Shown: positions 19,791 to 30,312, counted from the first letter of the stretch. The stretch: 64,000 bases of DNA from Candidatus Bathyarchaeum tardum (GCA_024650005.2 CP122380.1:384001-448000), one strand, 5' to 3'. Program-made: numbers and translations. Notes: a model not told the origin generated them from the sequence alone.

Positions 19791-20246
19791 CTACTTGTTT
19801 ACTGACTCGATGATTTTTCTTACAATCTTTGAAGAACTATTCAGTTCCCTTTTTCCAAACCGACCAATTTTGGCAACGTCAATTGTTACGCCTTTTTCTG
19901 TTATTGCTTTCAAAACTTCTTTTTCTGTTCCATATTGATCGTGACCAACTGCAATTATGTCTGGTTTAATTTTATCAATGACTTTTTCGATGCTAACATC
20001 TTCCCATCCTAGTATTGCTTCGTCCACGACTTTTAGGGACTCAACAAGGGCGCGTCGTTGGTCTTCGGGCATAACTGGGGTTTTTCCCTTTTGGGCTTCA
20101 ACGGTGCTGTCTCGGGCTACTATAACAACTAGTTTGGCGTTTTTACCTCCTGCTTTTTTTGCTTCTTCTAGGAACCGTACATGACCTAGGTGAAGCAAAT
20201 CAAAGGTTCCTGAGGCTAAAACAGTTTTTTTGTTTTTTGTTACCAT
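19791..20246 (-). CDS. ribL: FAD synthase (cytidylyltransferase family)
   Basis: VLASGTFDLLHLGHVRFLEEAK, VIVARD, KPDIIAVGHDQ, SSSKI. ATG start at 20246. Confidence 0.88.
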   Translation of the reverse strand: MVTKNKKTVLASGTFDLLHLGHVRFLEEAKKAGGKNAKLVVIVARDSTVEAQKGKTPVMPEDQRRALVESLKVVDEAILGWEDVSIEKVIDKIKPDIIAVGHDQYGTEKEVLKAITEKGVTIDVAKIGRFGKRELNSSSKIVRKIIESVNK

Positions 20247-20497
20247 GTGAACTCTACAGCTCCTAACAAGCGCAAGGCATCTAGTAGCCCTTCGCAGTAA
20301 GCAACGGAAGTAAGGCTTGTTTCCAGTTTTCCTTGCTCTTGGTAGTATTTGGCGTCTGACAAATAACGTTTCGCCCAATCAAAAACAGTTTTGGCCTCTT
20401 CACTGTTAAGTTGCACATCATCTGGAATATTTTCAATATCTTTGATAACCCGTTCAGCACCCCGAACATACTTTGTAATCAAATCATCAATCTTCAT
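20240..20497 (-). CDS. DUF357 family protein
   Basis: A.RYLSDAKYY...G....L.SVAY.EGLLDALR. Confidence 0.88.
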   Translation of the reverse strand: MKIDDLITKYVRGAERVIKDIENIPDDVQLNSEEAKTVFDWAKRYLSDAKYYQEQGKLETSLTSVAYCEGLLDALRLLGAVEFTW

Positions 20498-21297
20498 TAA
20501 GCCAACTCCAAAACCTGCTTAGGAGCATCCCCTAACGCAATAAGGGCTTCTGCCTCCATAAAATGAAGCCTTCCCGGGAAAATCAACGTATGAGGAGGCG
20601 CACCAAAATCAAAATCAACAACTTCTTGAATAAAACCTGCCTTAACCGTAGGTTCAGGAGAGCCAGCTCGGGCAACACCTACAACCAACGTTTTTGAGGT
20701 AACAACTTGCTCCTTTTTTTGTTTCTCAAGTTCCAAAAGCGTCTTTAGAGCCTCATTAACTGTCAAATATCTTTGCTCTGTTGCTTTGATATCCAAATAA
20801 CACATGCTATGCAGTCCCATTTTCTTGTTTTCCTGAATAACCTTGTAAGGAGTTTCAGGAACAATACCCCTGTCAGGGAATGGTATTGTAACTGATTTTC
20901 CAAACTTGTAATTTTGTAACCCCGATAGCCCCCTAACTGCAGAAGCAGCAGATGCATTATGTACCACACTGGTTTTTATTCCAAGTTTTTTTGCAGTAAT
21001 CCGCAAATCTACATGGGTTGTTGCAATCAGGGGGTCTCCTTGAACCAAAATTGCGGCTTTTCCTTTTTTTGCAGTTTCAAAAATTAGTTCCCCATCTTCT
21101 TCTTCTAAGACTCTTCGTGGGACAATCACGATTTGTTTTCCAATCATTTCTTCAAGTTTTTTAATGGACAGTCCTGGCATCAAGTTAGTGTAAGTTTCAG
21201 CAAAAACTGTATCAGCTTCTTTGAGTTCTTTAAGACCTCGCAATGAAATATCGTTTTCGTCGTATAATCCTAATCCGACAAACACAAGTTCCTTCAA
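20497..21297 (-). CDS. dph5: Diphthine synthase
   Basis: FVGLGL.DE.DISLRG, AETYT, GDPLIATTH, GLQNYKFGKSVTIPF, FGAPPHTLI.PG.LHFMEAE. TTG start at 21297. Confidence 0.95.
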   Translation of the reverse strand: MKELVFVGLGLYDENDISLRGLKELKEADTVFAETYTNLMPGLSIKKLEEMIGKQIVIVPRRVLEEEDGELIFETAKKGKAAILVQGDPLIATTHVDLRITAKKLGIKTSVVHNASAASAVRGLSGLQNYKFGKSVTIPFPDRGIVPETPYKVIQENKKMGLHSMCYLDIKATEQRYLTVNEALKTLLELEKQKKEQVVTSKTLVVGVARAGSPEPTVKAGFIQEVVDFDFGAPPHTLIFPGRLHFMEAEALIALGDAPKQVLELA

Positions 21298-21385
21298 CGC
21301 GTTTATTCTCCCTGTTACAATTACGTTCTGTAAGAACAAAAAATATATGGGTACCTGTTTCTCTGTAGTGAGAGTATGAGTTTAT

Positions 21386-21487
21386 GGGCCCGTAGCTCAG
21401 CAAGGCAGAGCGGCGGACTGGTCCTTTGAGACTAGGCTGAAACTCTTAATCCGTAGGTCAGGGGTTCAATTCCCCTCGGGCCCGCCA
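21386..21487 (+). tRNA. tRNA-Lys(CUU) with a 25-nt intron at position 30/31 (21417-21441) and encoded CCA
   Basis: Acceptor stem GGGCCCG/CGGGCCC; T arm AGGGG-TTCAATT-CCCCT. After splicing, the anticodon arm is GCGGA-CT-CTT-AA-TCCGT. Complete BHB: AGAG/CTCT, CGGC/GCTG, CTGGTC/GACTAG with two 3-nt bulges. Confidence 0.95.
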
Positions 21488-21569
21488 CTAATTTCATTTA
21501 AACTTTATTTTGTTACATTTTTGATACAATCCACCAAAAAGTGAATAAACACAAATTATCACCATTATC

Positions 21570-22556
21570 ATGTCCGCAATTGGTGACCAAATGTTAAAAG
21601 GTGAATCTAGGTTGTCAGTAATTGAAGTTGAAAATTTAACAAAAAAGTTCGGCTCCTTTGTAGCAGTTAATCACCTGAATTTTAGTATTGGCGAAGGGGA
21701 AGTTTTTGGTCTTTTAGGTCCAAACGGTGCAGGCAAAACGACAACAATTCGAATGCTTGCTGGACTGATTTCTTCCTCGGAAGGTTCAGCCAAAGTGAAA
21801 GGTTACGTGATTAACAATGACTCGTTGAAGGTGCGGGAAACTGTTGGCATTTTAACCGAGAACCCCAGCCTTTACGAGAAACTGACAGCTTACGAGAACC
21901 TGGACTTTTTTGCCCAAGCTTACGGGTTAACTGAAATTGTCCAGAAAACCCAAAGAATTCAGGAATTGCTTGAGTTTTTTGGATTATGGGAACGCAGAAA
22001 CGACAAAGTTGCAACCTTTTCCAAGGGAATGAAACAAAAACTAGCCCTTGCACGAGCATTAGTTCACAAGCCTTCAATTATTTTTTTGGATGAACCCACC
22101 TCTGGTTTAGATCCTGAATCTTCCAAAGAGGTTCGAGACCTCATAGCAAAACTGAGTTATCATGAGAAAAGCACGATTTTGTTGTGCACTCATCACCTTG
22201 AAGATGCAGAAAAACTGTGTAGCAGGGTGATGATAATCAACAAAGGCACAAGCGTCATCGTGGGAACCCCTGACGAGCTCAGAAACAAAATAAGCGGAAT
22301 TCCAACAGTTGAAGTTATTCTGGAAACAATCAGTCCCAAACTTGTTAAAGCAACAAAAAAGGTCAATGACGTAAAACAAGTAACCGTTGACGAAGAGTCA
22401 TGTAAACTCACAATAACTATGGAAAATGCCCAATCCGGGACTCCAAAAATCGTAAAAAACCTAGTTGAAGCTGAGGGTTTGATTCTAGGGGTGAAAGTTG
22501 TTCGTGCGTCATTGGAAGATGTTTATTTAAAGTTGATCAAGGAGGAACAAAAATGA
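21570..22556 (+). CDS. ABC-2 type transporter ATP-binding protein
   Basis: GPNGAGKTT, FSKGMKQK, IIFLDEPT. True start probably TTG at 21612. Confidence 0.93.
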   Translation: MSAIGDQMLKGESRLSVIEVENLTKKFGSFVAVNHLNFSIGEGEVFGLLGPNGAGKTTTIRMLAGLISSSEGSAKVKGYVINNDSLKVRETVGILTENPSLYEKLTAYENLDFFAQAYGLTEIVQKTQRIQELLEFFGLWERRNDKVATFSKGMKQKLALARALVHKPSIIFLDEPTSGLDPESSKEVRDLIAKLSYHEKSTILLCTHHLEDAEKLCSRVMIINKGTSVIVGTPDELRNKISGIPTVEVILETISPKLVKATKKVNDVKQVTVDEESCKLTITMENAQSGTPKIVKNLVEAEGLILGVKVVRASLEDVYLKLIKEEQK

Positions 22557-23377
22557 GGATGGAAAAGGCAAAACTGGTTTTTCGAAAAGATTGGCTCGAA
22601 ATCAAACGCAACTGGCAAGTAATTTTACCCATCATTATTGTTCCCCTCATGATTTCTGTGTTTATTCCCGTGATTTTAACCCTAATTCCTAGTGTTGTTT
22701 CTGGCTCCGAAGCAGATTTAGGCGGCTTTATTCCCTTAGTAGAAAATCTTCCCCCTTCTGTGCAGGATCAGCTTACGGGAATGACTGAACTTCAAGTCAT
22801 GATCTACGTGATGGCCCTTTATTTTTTTGCCCCGTTCTTCCTAATCATCCCGTTGATGGCGTCAAGCGTCATTGCATCAGACAGTTTCGCAGGAGAAAAA
22901 GAACGAAAAACCATCGAGGCACTCTTAGCTACTCCTATCTCAGACAGTGAACTGTTGTTCGGAAAAATGCTAGTATCCTTTATTCCATCAATGATTGTAA
23001 CAGTGATTTCCTTTATATTGTACACAACAATATTTGATGTGCTGTCTTTTAATCTGTTCAATGGCATGTTATTGCTGCCAAACCTTGACTGGATTTTACT
23101 AATCTTTGGATTAGCCCCAACCGTAGCTCTGGCAAGCATTGGATTAACCGTAATAATATCAGCAAAAGTCAAAGGATTCCGAGAAGCCCAACAAATCAGC
23201 GTAATCTTGTTACTTCCAATCCTAGGGTTAGTGTTCGGACAAATATCTGGCGCGTTAATCTTTGGACCCGCTGTTATCGCAATTCTCACAGCAATATTTG
23301 TTGCAATAGATTTTGTGGTTTTCAGGGTTGGAGTAAAAATGTTCAAGCGAGAAGAAATCTTGGCTCAACTAGCTTAG
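22553..23377 (+). CDS. ABC-2 type transporter permease
   Basis: Multi-TM protein with SDSFAGEKERKTIEALLATP. Confidence 0.9.
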   Translation: MRMEKAKLVFRKDWLEIKRNWQVILPIIIVPLMISVFIPVILTLIPSVVSGSEADLGGFIPLVENLPPSVQDQLTGMTELQVMIYVMALYFFAPFFLIIPLMASSVIASDSFAGEKERKTIEALLATPISDSELLFGKMLVSFIPSMIVTVISFILYTTIFDVLSFNLFNGMLLLPNLDWILLIFGLAPTVALASIGLTVIISAKVKGFREAQQISVILLLPILGLVFGQISGALIFGPAVIAILTAIFVAIDFVVFRVGVKMFKREEILAQLA

Positions 23378-23434
23378 AATTCTTGGTCACAAAATTCAAG
23401 TATACAATTACCCTAACTAATACTGGGATTTATT

Positions 23435-23911
23435 TTGGTTGTTTTTAAGTTACCTAAAATGACAAAACAAGAAATGTGGAAACTAATCCACAGACAACGT
23501 CTATGCAGAATCGCCTTCAAAGGAAACACTTACCCGTACATGGCACCTTTCCAATACGTAGTATTAGATGATGCATTGTATTTTCATTTCACTGATTACG
23601 GAAAAAAAATGAAACTCATCGAAAACGACAAACACGTATGTGTCGAAATCGAAGAATACCGCGAAGACCTTAGCGAATACAGCTTTATTGTGTTGCGTGG
23701 CACCCTAAAAGTAGTAACCGACCCAACAGAACGAATTAATGCAATCAATCAACTGGCAAAAGAAGGGGAACAAAAACTTTCGCCAAACTTTTTGCCTGCT
23801 CATGGCTTCACAAAAGAAGACGGATGGGACGCGTTAACTCCTGACAACAAATTGTTGGTTGCTGTAAAACTAGAACACATAACCCAAGAAATTGGACTAA
23901 AATCTCCTTGA
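23435..23911 (+). CDS. Pyridoxamine 5'-phosphate oxidase-like (NimA-type) FMN-binding protein
   Basis: LCRIAF....PY..P..Y.....LYFH....GKK...I..D..VCVEI. Confidence 0.85.
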   Translation: MVVFKLPKMTKQEMWKLIHRQRLCRIAFKGNTYPYMAPFQYVVLDDALYFHFTDYGKKMKLIENDKHVCVEIEEYREDLSEYSFIVLRGTLKVVTDPTERINAINQLAKEGEQKLSPNFLPAHGFTKEDGWDALTPDNKLLVAVKLEHITQEIGLKSP

Positions 23912-23965
23912 TGGTGATGTAACAAAAAAGGTGGTTTGCTTCAGTTTCCTGAAGCTATTGTTTTG

Positions 23966-24793
23966 TTAGAATGGTGCAAAGATCCCGATGAATACTAGCC
24001 ATGACAGGATTGTTTTTGCTACGAAACTGAGTATGATATAGAATCTTTCTCCGTATAGGTAGTCTTTCCATTTTCCAACGCCTTTGTATTGCAGGACCAT
24101 GTTGAGGGCGAAAATGTTGAACACAAAGAAGTAAATGAACAGTATCATGTAAACGAAAGTTGGTGGTTCTACACCCACGGAATTTATGGCAGCAATAAAG
24201 TAAGCATATAGCACAACCCATGGGGTAAATCCGGAGATGCTTCCGAGAATGAATGCGGACCAGCTTGTTTTTTCGGTTTTTTGGTTGATTACTTCCATCA
24301 AGTAACCGAACATTATCATCATGGCATTAAGGACAAAAATCATGACCAATGACCACAAGTCCCAGATTCCCAAGAAAAGTGAAATCAACGTAATCATTAT
24401 TGAACTGGAAAATGCATATTCATACCATCTGTAGGGATTCATGCCTTTTCGGAGATTCTCGTTGTAGCTTTTGTTTTTTGGATATGCTATTATGAAATGT
24501 GCAAGGGCAGAAATCAATGGAAACGAGGCAAGAATTGCTCCCAAATATCCTATATTTAATAGTATTTGTGGATCTGGCACTGCATTGAAAATTGGGGTTG
24601 AGCCTGTAGTTGTGATTTCTAGTTTCATGTAGAAAGTGTAGATGTCTCGGGACCATTCGAGTTGAAGTCCCAAGACCAGCATTATGATTCCTTGAATCAG
24701 ATGGAGGATGCCAGCAGCAGTGTTGAAGCGTTTGAGATACTTGAAAGAAATCGGTGATTTTGCAATAATCTTTTTTCTTTCTTCAGAATTCAT
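23966..24793 (-). CDS. Heliorhodopsin
   Basis: 7-TM protein with FN...G.LHL.QG, ISALAHF, NPYRWYEYAFSSSIM, MIMFGYLME, YLYGERFYIILSFVAK (SxxxK retinal-binding Lys). Confidence 0.95.
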   Translation of the reverse strand: MNSEERKKIIAKSPISFKYLKRFNTAAGILHLIQGIIMLVLGLQLEWSRDIYTFYMKLEITTTGSTPIFNAVPDPQILLNIGYLGAILASFPLISALAHFIIAYPKNKSYNENLRKGMNPYRWYEYAFSSSIMITLISLFLGIWDLWSLVMIFVLNAMMIMFGYLMEVINQKTEKTSWSAFILGSISGFTPWVVLYAYFIAAINSVGVEPPTFVYMILFIYFFVFNIFALNMVLQYKGVGKWKDYLYGERFYIILSFVAKTILSWLVFIGIFAPF

Positions 24794-25070
24794 GATTATT
24801 AATGCGCTGAATTCAATTTAAGATTTATCTATATTGTAACCCATTCATTATTGTTGAAAATTCAATAAAAAAGTAATAAAAAATCGCAAAAAAACTAGTT
24901 GATTAAACTGACAAGTTATCTATTAAGGCATCAAAACCAAATATATCGCATGAATTACAACGTTTATTGTTTTATATCTAAAAAACCAGAAATCTGGATT
25001 TTAACTTAACAAAACATTACTTTCAGTAACTGCACAGTCAACAGCGCTTGCTTTACCCTAGGTGTACATA

Positions 25071-25868
25071 ATGCCTGTGCCATTGATTGAAGTTTCTGAG
25101 CTAACAAAACAGTTCGGGGCAGTTCACGCATTGACTGGACTAAAATTCAATGTTGTACCTGGAGAAATCTACGGTCTTTTAGGTCCAAATGGTGCCGGCA
25201 AAACCACGACCATAAAAGCAATTATGGGATTAGTTGAGCCAAGTTCTGGATGGGTTAACGTTGAAGGCTACAATCCTGTAACAAACCCAATTGAAGTAAA
25301 ATCTCGAATCGGGTACGTAGCCGAAAAACTGATCCTGTATGAGTCCTTGTCTGCTCGTGACTTTTTTGAGTTTGTCGCATCTATACGAAAAATTGACCAA
25401 ACATCAGTCAACCGCATAATATCCCAGCTTGGCGACGCTTTTGACATGTCAAACTATTTTGATGCCCCTATCGCTACTCTGTCGATGGGAATGAAACAAA
25501 AAATAGCCCTGATTGCTGCTTTTGTTCATCAACCACCTGTTCTTTTGTTGGATGAGCCCTTGAGTGGTCTTGACGCCAAAACCAGCCGTATTGTAAAGGA
25601 TCTGCTGTTGTTGCACGCAAAAAGAGGCGGAGCGGTCTTGTTTAGCACCCACATCATGGAAGTTGCAGAAAACATCTGCACAAGAATCGGAATCATTTAT
25701 CAAGGAAAAATCGTTGCAGAAGGAACTATAGACCAATTAAAAACTCAAACAGGAAACCAAAGCGACACCCTTGAAGAAGTGTTTTTAAAATTAACAAACG
25801 AAGAAAATGAGATTGCCAACAAGACTCGGCTCTTAGGGGAGGCATTCTTCCAACATGAAACTGCTTGA
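25071..25868 (+). CDS. ABC transporter ATP-binding protein
   Basis: GPNGAGKTT, LSMGMKQK, LLLDEPLSGLD, FSTH. Confidence 0.93.
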   Translation: MPVPLIEVSELTKQFGAVHALTGLKFNVVPGEIYGLLGPNGAGKTTTIKAIMGLVEPSSGWVNVEGYNPVTNPIEVKSRIGYVAEKLILYESLSARDFFEFVASIRKIDQTSVNRIISQLGDAFDMSNYFDAPIATLSMGMKQKIALIAAFVHQPPVLLLDEPLSGLDAKTSRIVKDLLLLHAKRGGAVLFSTHIMEVAENICTRIGIIYQGKIVAEGTIDQLKTQTGNQSDTLEEVFLKLTNEENEIANKTRLLGEAFFQHETA

Positions 25869-27480
25869 AGCTTGGTGGCATAGTCGGTCCCCTTACAAAG
25901 AAGTTGTGTACCGTTCAATCGCTGAAGAAAAAGGTCGAATGTGGTGGGGTGGATTTGGAAAGGGGCAAGTTGCGGAAGATTTTCAAGATAATTTGGAAGT
26001 TACAAAAAAAGCGTTACGAATTGCAAAATGGGACAAATCCCTAGTTGCGGTTTTTAATATTTTAGCTGCAATTATGCCTTTTACTGCACAGTTTTTTGGC
26101 TCTCCGATTATGGGTTTAACAAGTGCGGTTTCGTTAAGTTTAGCTGTTACTTTTGGTTTTATGTCATTGTATGCAATTCAGACAATGTCGTCATTTGTTA
26201 GTGCAGAATCTTCGGTCTTGTTATCTGTTTTACCCTTGGAAAAAAACGATTTCTCATTAATTACATTGTTTTCGTTTATCCGTTCTGTAGACTACATTGT
26301 TCTTGGTTCAATACTGAGCCAAGTAATCATGGTAGCATGTTACACTGGTTCACCCCTAGCAGTTATTGTAATTCTTGTGGCTTCAGTAATGAATGCAATT
26401 TTCGCTGTAGCAGTTTCTTTATGGTTTTCACGAGTGTTCGCAAAAAACCTTTCCCGTGGCGGAAGATCAAAAAGCCGCACAATTTTGCGTTTAGTTTTCA
26501 TTTTGATGTGGGGTTGCCTGTTGATGGGAGTAAGCCTTCTGATTAGTTTACCATGGTACATCGTCCCTTCTTTGGAAACTATGTTGCTTAATCCCAACCA
26601 AATCTCAAACATATTGTTTTGTTTGCTGCCCCAATTTTCTGCTGGAGTAACTGTTGCTAGTGCCAGTAACGTGGTTGCTGCTCAGTCTATAACGTTAGTT
26701 GCTGCTTTATGTATGGTGGGGTATGTTGGATTTGCTGGGTTTGCAGTTAACTGGGTGTTAAAAACAGTTAACCGAATATCTACCGGAGCAGATGTTAACA
26801 TAACCCGCGTAACTGCAACAAATTTTTCCATTAAACTGCGAAGCCCACTGTTTGGTTATGTCTTAAAAGATTTGAAAAGTTGTTCAAGGAACCCTTCTAC
26901 TGCTTTCTTTTTTGCGTTGCCGGTTTTGGAAACTGTTATTGTGTCCTTAATGCTAGCAAGTTTTGAAGTTTTGCGGGCTTCAACTTTGATTGTTTCCACC
27001 CTTATGGGGGGAATCTTTGTTTTACTTATGCCCCTTGCCCTGTTAAATTCAGAAGGCAAAGGTCTCGAATACACTAAAACATTACCTTTAAGCCTTAACC
27101 GAATCGTAACCTCCAAGACCCTAATATCCACGTTAACCTTTGTTCCGGTTCCTCTAGTTTTGCTTGTTTTGGCATTTTTAAAATCGATAACTTCCCCTTT
27201 AGTGATACTCATTCCGTTCTTTTCCATATTGTCAATAGCTTCTGCAAGCATTTTTGAAATCCAACTGTTCTTGAGTATTGTAACCAAAGGCAAAATTTCA
27301 GCCTTAATTCACGATTTAAAAAAACTCGTCGTCGGAATCAGCACCTTAATTATTCCATTGCTAGTTTACACAATTGTTTATGTTGTTTTCTTGAGTCACT
27401 TTTTTGCAGTTTTATCCATGGGTGTTGTATCCATTTCAGAACTGGTATTAGCGTTTTATACCCTCAAGCGCACAAAATAA
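25855..27480 (+). CDS. Large ABC-2 type permease
   Basis: About 12-14 TM segments, overlaps the ATPase gene, two LP-containing cytoplasmic loop motifs. Confidence 0.75.
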   Translation: MKLLEAWWHSRSPYKEVVYRSIAEEKGRMWWGGFGKGQVAEDFQDNLEVTKKALRIAKWDKSLVAVFNILAAIMPFTAQFFGSPIMGLTSAVSLSLAVTFGFMSLYAIQTMSSFVSAESSVLLSVLPLEKNDFSLITLFSFIRSVDYIVLGSILSQVIMVACYTGSPLAVIVILVASVMNAIFAVAVSLWFSRVFAKNLSRGGRSKSRTILRLVFILMWGCLLMGVSLLISLPWYIVPSLETMLLNPNQISNILFCLLPQFSAGVTVASASNVVAAQSITLVAALCMVGYVGFAGFAVNWVLKTVNRISTGADVNITRVTATNFSIKLRSPLFGYVLKDLKSCSRNPSTAFFFALPVLETVIVSLMLASFEVLRASTLIVSTLMGGIFVLLMPLALLNSEGKGLEYTKTLPLSLNRIVTSKTLISTLTFVPVPLVLLVLAFLKSITSPLVILIPFFSILSIASASIFEIQLFLSIVTKGKISALIHDLKKLVVGISTLIIPLLVYTIVYVVFLSHFFAVLSMGVVSISELVLAFYTLKRTK

Positions 27481-27538
27481 CAACTTTGTTTTACTCTACG
27501 AATTTAAATGTCTCTAGTCTATTGTTTTGTGAACAAAA

Positions 27539-28606
27539 GTGCCTGAATCTGTATCCTTAGTGGTTCCAAAAAAGCTTGGAGAAAAAGCAATTCGTCTAGT
27601 TACTGAACTTGATCTGTTTAACCGTGAACTACAGATTCAACAAACAGAAAAATGCCTGCAAATACCTCTAATTTCTGAACCCTCACCTGCGGGTCTCAGG
27701 GAATTGAAAACTAAACTGGGCACCTTCAATGTTTCTGTTTGCGACTTTGAAAGAAAAAAACAACGTTTATTACCCCTTGATTTGCTGAAAAACAAACTGC
27801 CTCTTGACCTTTTGGAGTTGGTTCCTCATGCTATCGATTTTGTGGGCGATATCGCTATTGTTGAGATTCCTGAAGAGCTTGCAGAATATAAAACCCTGAT
27901 TGGAGAAGCTATACTAACAGCTCATAAACAGACAAACACGGTTTTAGCAAAAGCAGGAGCCATCAAAGGGATATACCGAATACGGGATCTTGAATTTTTA
28001 GCAGGAACCAATAAAACCTCTACCATTTACGTAGAATACGGCAATACTTTGCATGTTGATGTTGCTAAAGCATATTTTTCTCCAAGGCTTTCAAATGAAC
28101 ACAACAGAGTAGCTTCCCAAGTAACCCCTGGTGAAACTGTGGTTGATCTATTTGCTGGAGTTGGACCTTTTGTTATTCCAATTGCAAAAAACCAAAAGAA
28201 GGTGCACGTTTATGCTGTTGACGTTAATCCTGACGCGGTGTCGTTGCTGGAAAAAAATGTTAAGATTAATCGGGTACAAGAACAAATTGTGCCTCTTCTT
28301 GGAGATGCCAGAAAAGTTGTAAAAGAACAGCTGTACCAAAAAGCAGACCGAGTAATCATGAACCTGCCCGAAACTGCCGTAGAATTTGTTGACGTAGCTT
28401 GTGAAGCAATTAAACCTGACGGGGGAGTTGTTCACTATTACTGTTTTGTTTACGATTCTCCTAAACCTTTAGAAACAGCAAAAACAGAACTAGAACAAGC
28501 AGTGAAACAAAATAACCGCCAAGTAAGCAAGTACCTTTTTGCAAAAACCGTTCGAGAAGTTGCACCTTATGCTTGGCAGGTAGTTGTGGACGCACAAATT
28601 CAATAA
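27539..28606 (+). CDS. trm5: tRNA m1G37 methyltransferase, Trm5/Met-10+ family
   Basis: D.VGDIAI, YFSPRLSNEH.RV, VDLFAGVGPF, DVNPDA, DRVIMNLP. Confidence 0.85.
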   Translation: MPESVSLVVPKKLGEKAIRLVTELDLFNRELQIQQTEKCLQIPLISEPSPAGLRELKTKLGTFNVSVCDFERKKQRLLPLDLLKNKLPLDLLELVPHAIDFVGDIAIVEIPEELAEYKTLIGEAILTAHKQTNTVLAKAGAIKGIYRIRDLEFLAGTNKTSTIYVEYGNTLHVDVAKAYFSPRLSNEHNRVASQVTPGETVVDLFAGVGPFVIPIAKNQKKVHVYAVDVNPDAVSLLEKNVKINRVQEQIVPLLGDARKVVKEQLYQKADRVIMNLPETAVEFVDVACEAIKPDGGVVHYYCFVYDSPKPLETAKTELEQAVKQNNRQVSKYLFAKTVREVAPYAWQVVVDAQIQ

Positions 28607-29031
28607 TTTTCCACAGTCAGGGTAACTTTGACTTGCTGATTTGGGTTCTGGAGCTTTTCCACAAACTTTCTTGACAAATCAATTGAGGCCTTGTCTGCTC
28701 CAATGGCCAAGGTTCGACCACATACATAATCACTTTTTCGAACCACTAAATCTGTAAGATGTGTAAACTGTAACTGGGGGCTTCCTTTTGCGGTAATTGT
28801 CTCTTTTAGTTCATCAGCTTCAATTATTATTGTTATTTTTGATTTTTCTTTTTTGGCGGCTTCCTTGAATTCAAAAGGCAAATCAATTGCACCATTAGTT
28901 GAACCAACAGCCACGATACAGTTTCCCCGTTTTGAGAGTTCAGTTTCTTTTGTAACTTCAACTGTGGTTTGATGAGTAGAAATTACATTCTTGTGTCCAT
29001 GTGCAAAGAACGCGACAGTTACAGATTTCAT
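28600..29031 (-). CDS. DUF371 family protein
   Basis: AHGHKNV.STH.TT.EVTKE..LS.RGNCI, VVRKSDYVCGRT..I.ADKA. Confidence 0.9.
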   Translation of the reverse strand: MKSVTVAFFAHGHKNVISTHQTTVEVTKETELSKRGNCIVAVGSTNGAIDLPFEFKEAAKKEKSKITIIIEADELKETITAKGSPQLQFTHLTDLVVRKSDYVCGRTLAIGADKASIDLSRKFVEKLQNPNQQVKVTLTVENY

Positions 29032-29070
29032 GATACAAGAATATTACATCTCAAAGATAACAATTTTAGG

Positions 29071-30030
29071 TTATTCTAGAACCTCTATTGAGTCAACTTT
29101 ACCGTCGCCGTCAAGGTCAAAGCCTTGAATTACTGTTGCGAATTCTTGTTGGTCAAATTTTTTCAGGCATTTTTGCCAAAACTTGGTTAATGCAATTACG
29201 CAGGCTTTTGTTCCAACTGCTTTGTTGCCTGCGAGAATGATTACTGTTTTTTCTTTGTTGAACGGGTTGGGGATTTTTGCGATTAATCCCATTGTGTCAG
29301 CGGTGTAGACTTTTTTGGTTTTTTCTGAAACCAGTCCCCCTAAAACGAAGCCGTGGTCAGAGGGTATCATGTTGAAGTTTATGGGCAAAAATTTGTTGAA
29401 TTCTTGGGTGATCAGGTTGGTTCCTGGTCCACCAACTAAGAAGAGGTTGTTATCTTCTTCTTTTTCTGCTTTCACGTCTACATCCAGTTTTACCACAAAA
29501 TCTTCAGGCAAATCCACAAACTGACCCAAAAACAAAGTCAAATACGCCGCATAATGGCCATCCCGTGCTTTAGCCTTAAACGGACCGTGAGGATCAGGGC
29601 TTCCAACAACAATTTTTCCATCAAACATGTTATCAGTAATTAAAGGACACAAAAACTGTTTGATTTTTTCGTCTATGTTTCTTATGGGTAACTTTGCAAT
29701 TTTTTGATTACCAAAAGGCAGTTCAATTCCCATTGCTGGAAAGGAGGCTTTGTAATATTTTGCTACTGCCCCTTTCTTTTCTTCTTCTCTGACGACTTTT
29801 ATTACGCCAGCTTTCCACATTTTTCTGATGTGGTAGTACACCTTTTGCTCGTGGATTCCCAGTTTTTTGGCGACTTCCATAGGGTACATTTCTGTTTGGC
29901 TTAAAAGCTCCAAAATCTTCCAACTCAGCTTGTTTAGAACTGTTTTAAGTAGTTCGGGGTCTTCGAAAACGGCTATGTCTTTGGTGTTCATTTGATTTTT
30001 TTTGCCGCTTAGCAAAAGCTTTCTTTTCAT
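29071..30030 (-). CDS. ArsR-type wHTH protein with C-terminal alpha/beta domain
   Basis: MYPMEVAKKLGIHEQKVYYH; IVVGSPDPHGPFKA.ARDGHY, VGGPGTN, GFDLDGDG. Confidence 0.8.
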   Translation of the reverse strand: MKRKLLLSGKKNQMNTKDIAVFEDPELLKTVLNKLSWKILELLSQTEMYPMEVAKKLGIHEQKVYYHIRKMWKAGVIKVVREEEKKGAVAKYYKASFPAMGIELPFGNQKIAKLPIRNIDEKIKQFLCPLITDNMFDGKIVVGSPDPHGPFKAKARDGHYAAYLTLFLGQFVDLPEDFVVKLDVDVKAEKEEDNNLFLVGGPGTNLITQEFNKFLPINFNMIPSDHGFVLGGLVSEKTKKVYTADTMGLIAKIPNPFNKEKTVIILAGNKAVGTKACVIALTKFWQKCLKKFDQQEFATVIQGFDLDGDGKVDSIEVLE

Positions 30031-30312
30031 GCTTGCAACTTTCGCATGCCTTTATAAATATTTTTTTAATGGTTAATCTATTGTCTTTCTTAACCTTTTA
30101 TTTTCAAAAAAATACATGACAACAATTCTCTTATATTGTTCAGTTGGGTATCTTGAACGACAGATACATAAAAGCCTCTAATGTTTGCGATTTATGACTT
30201 AATGCGATTTTGATTAACTTATGAATTCATAACTTTAGAAAATCAATGATGTCTTACGTTTTAATTGTTGGTTAATTTTATTAGCTTCGTAAACCGTACA
30301 AACAACTAGATT

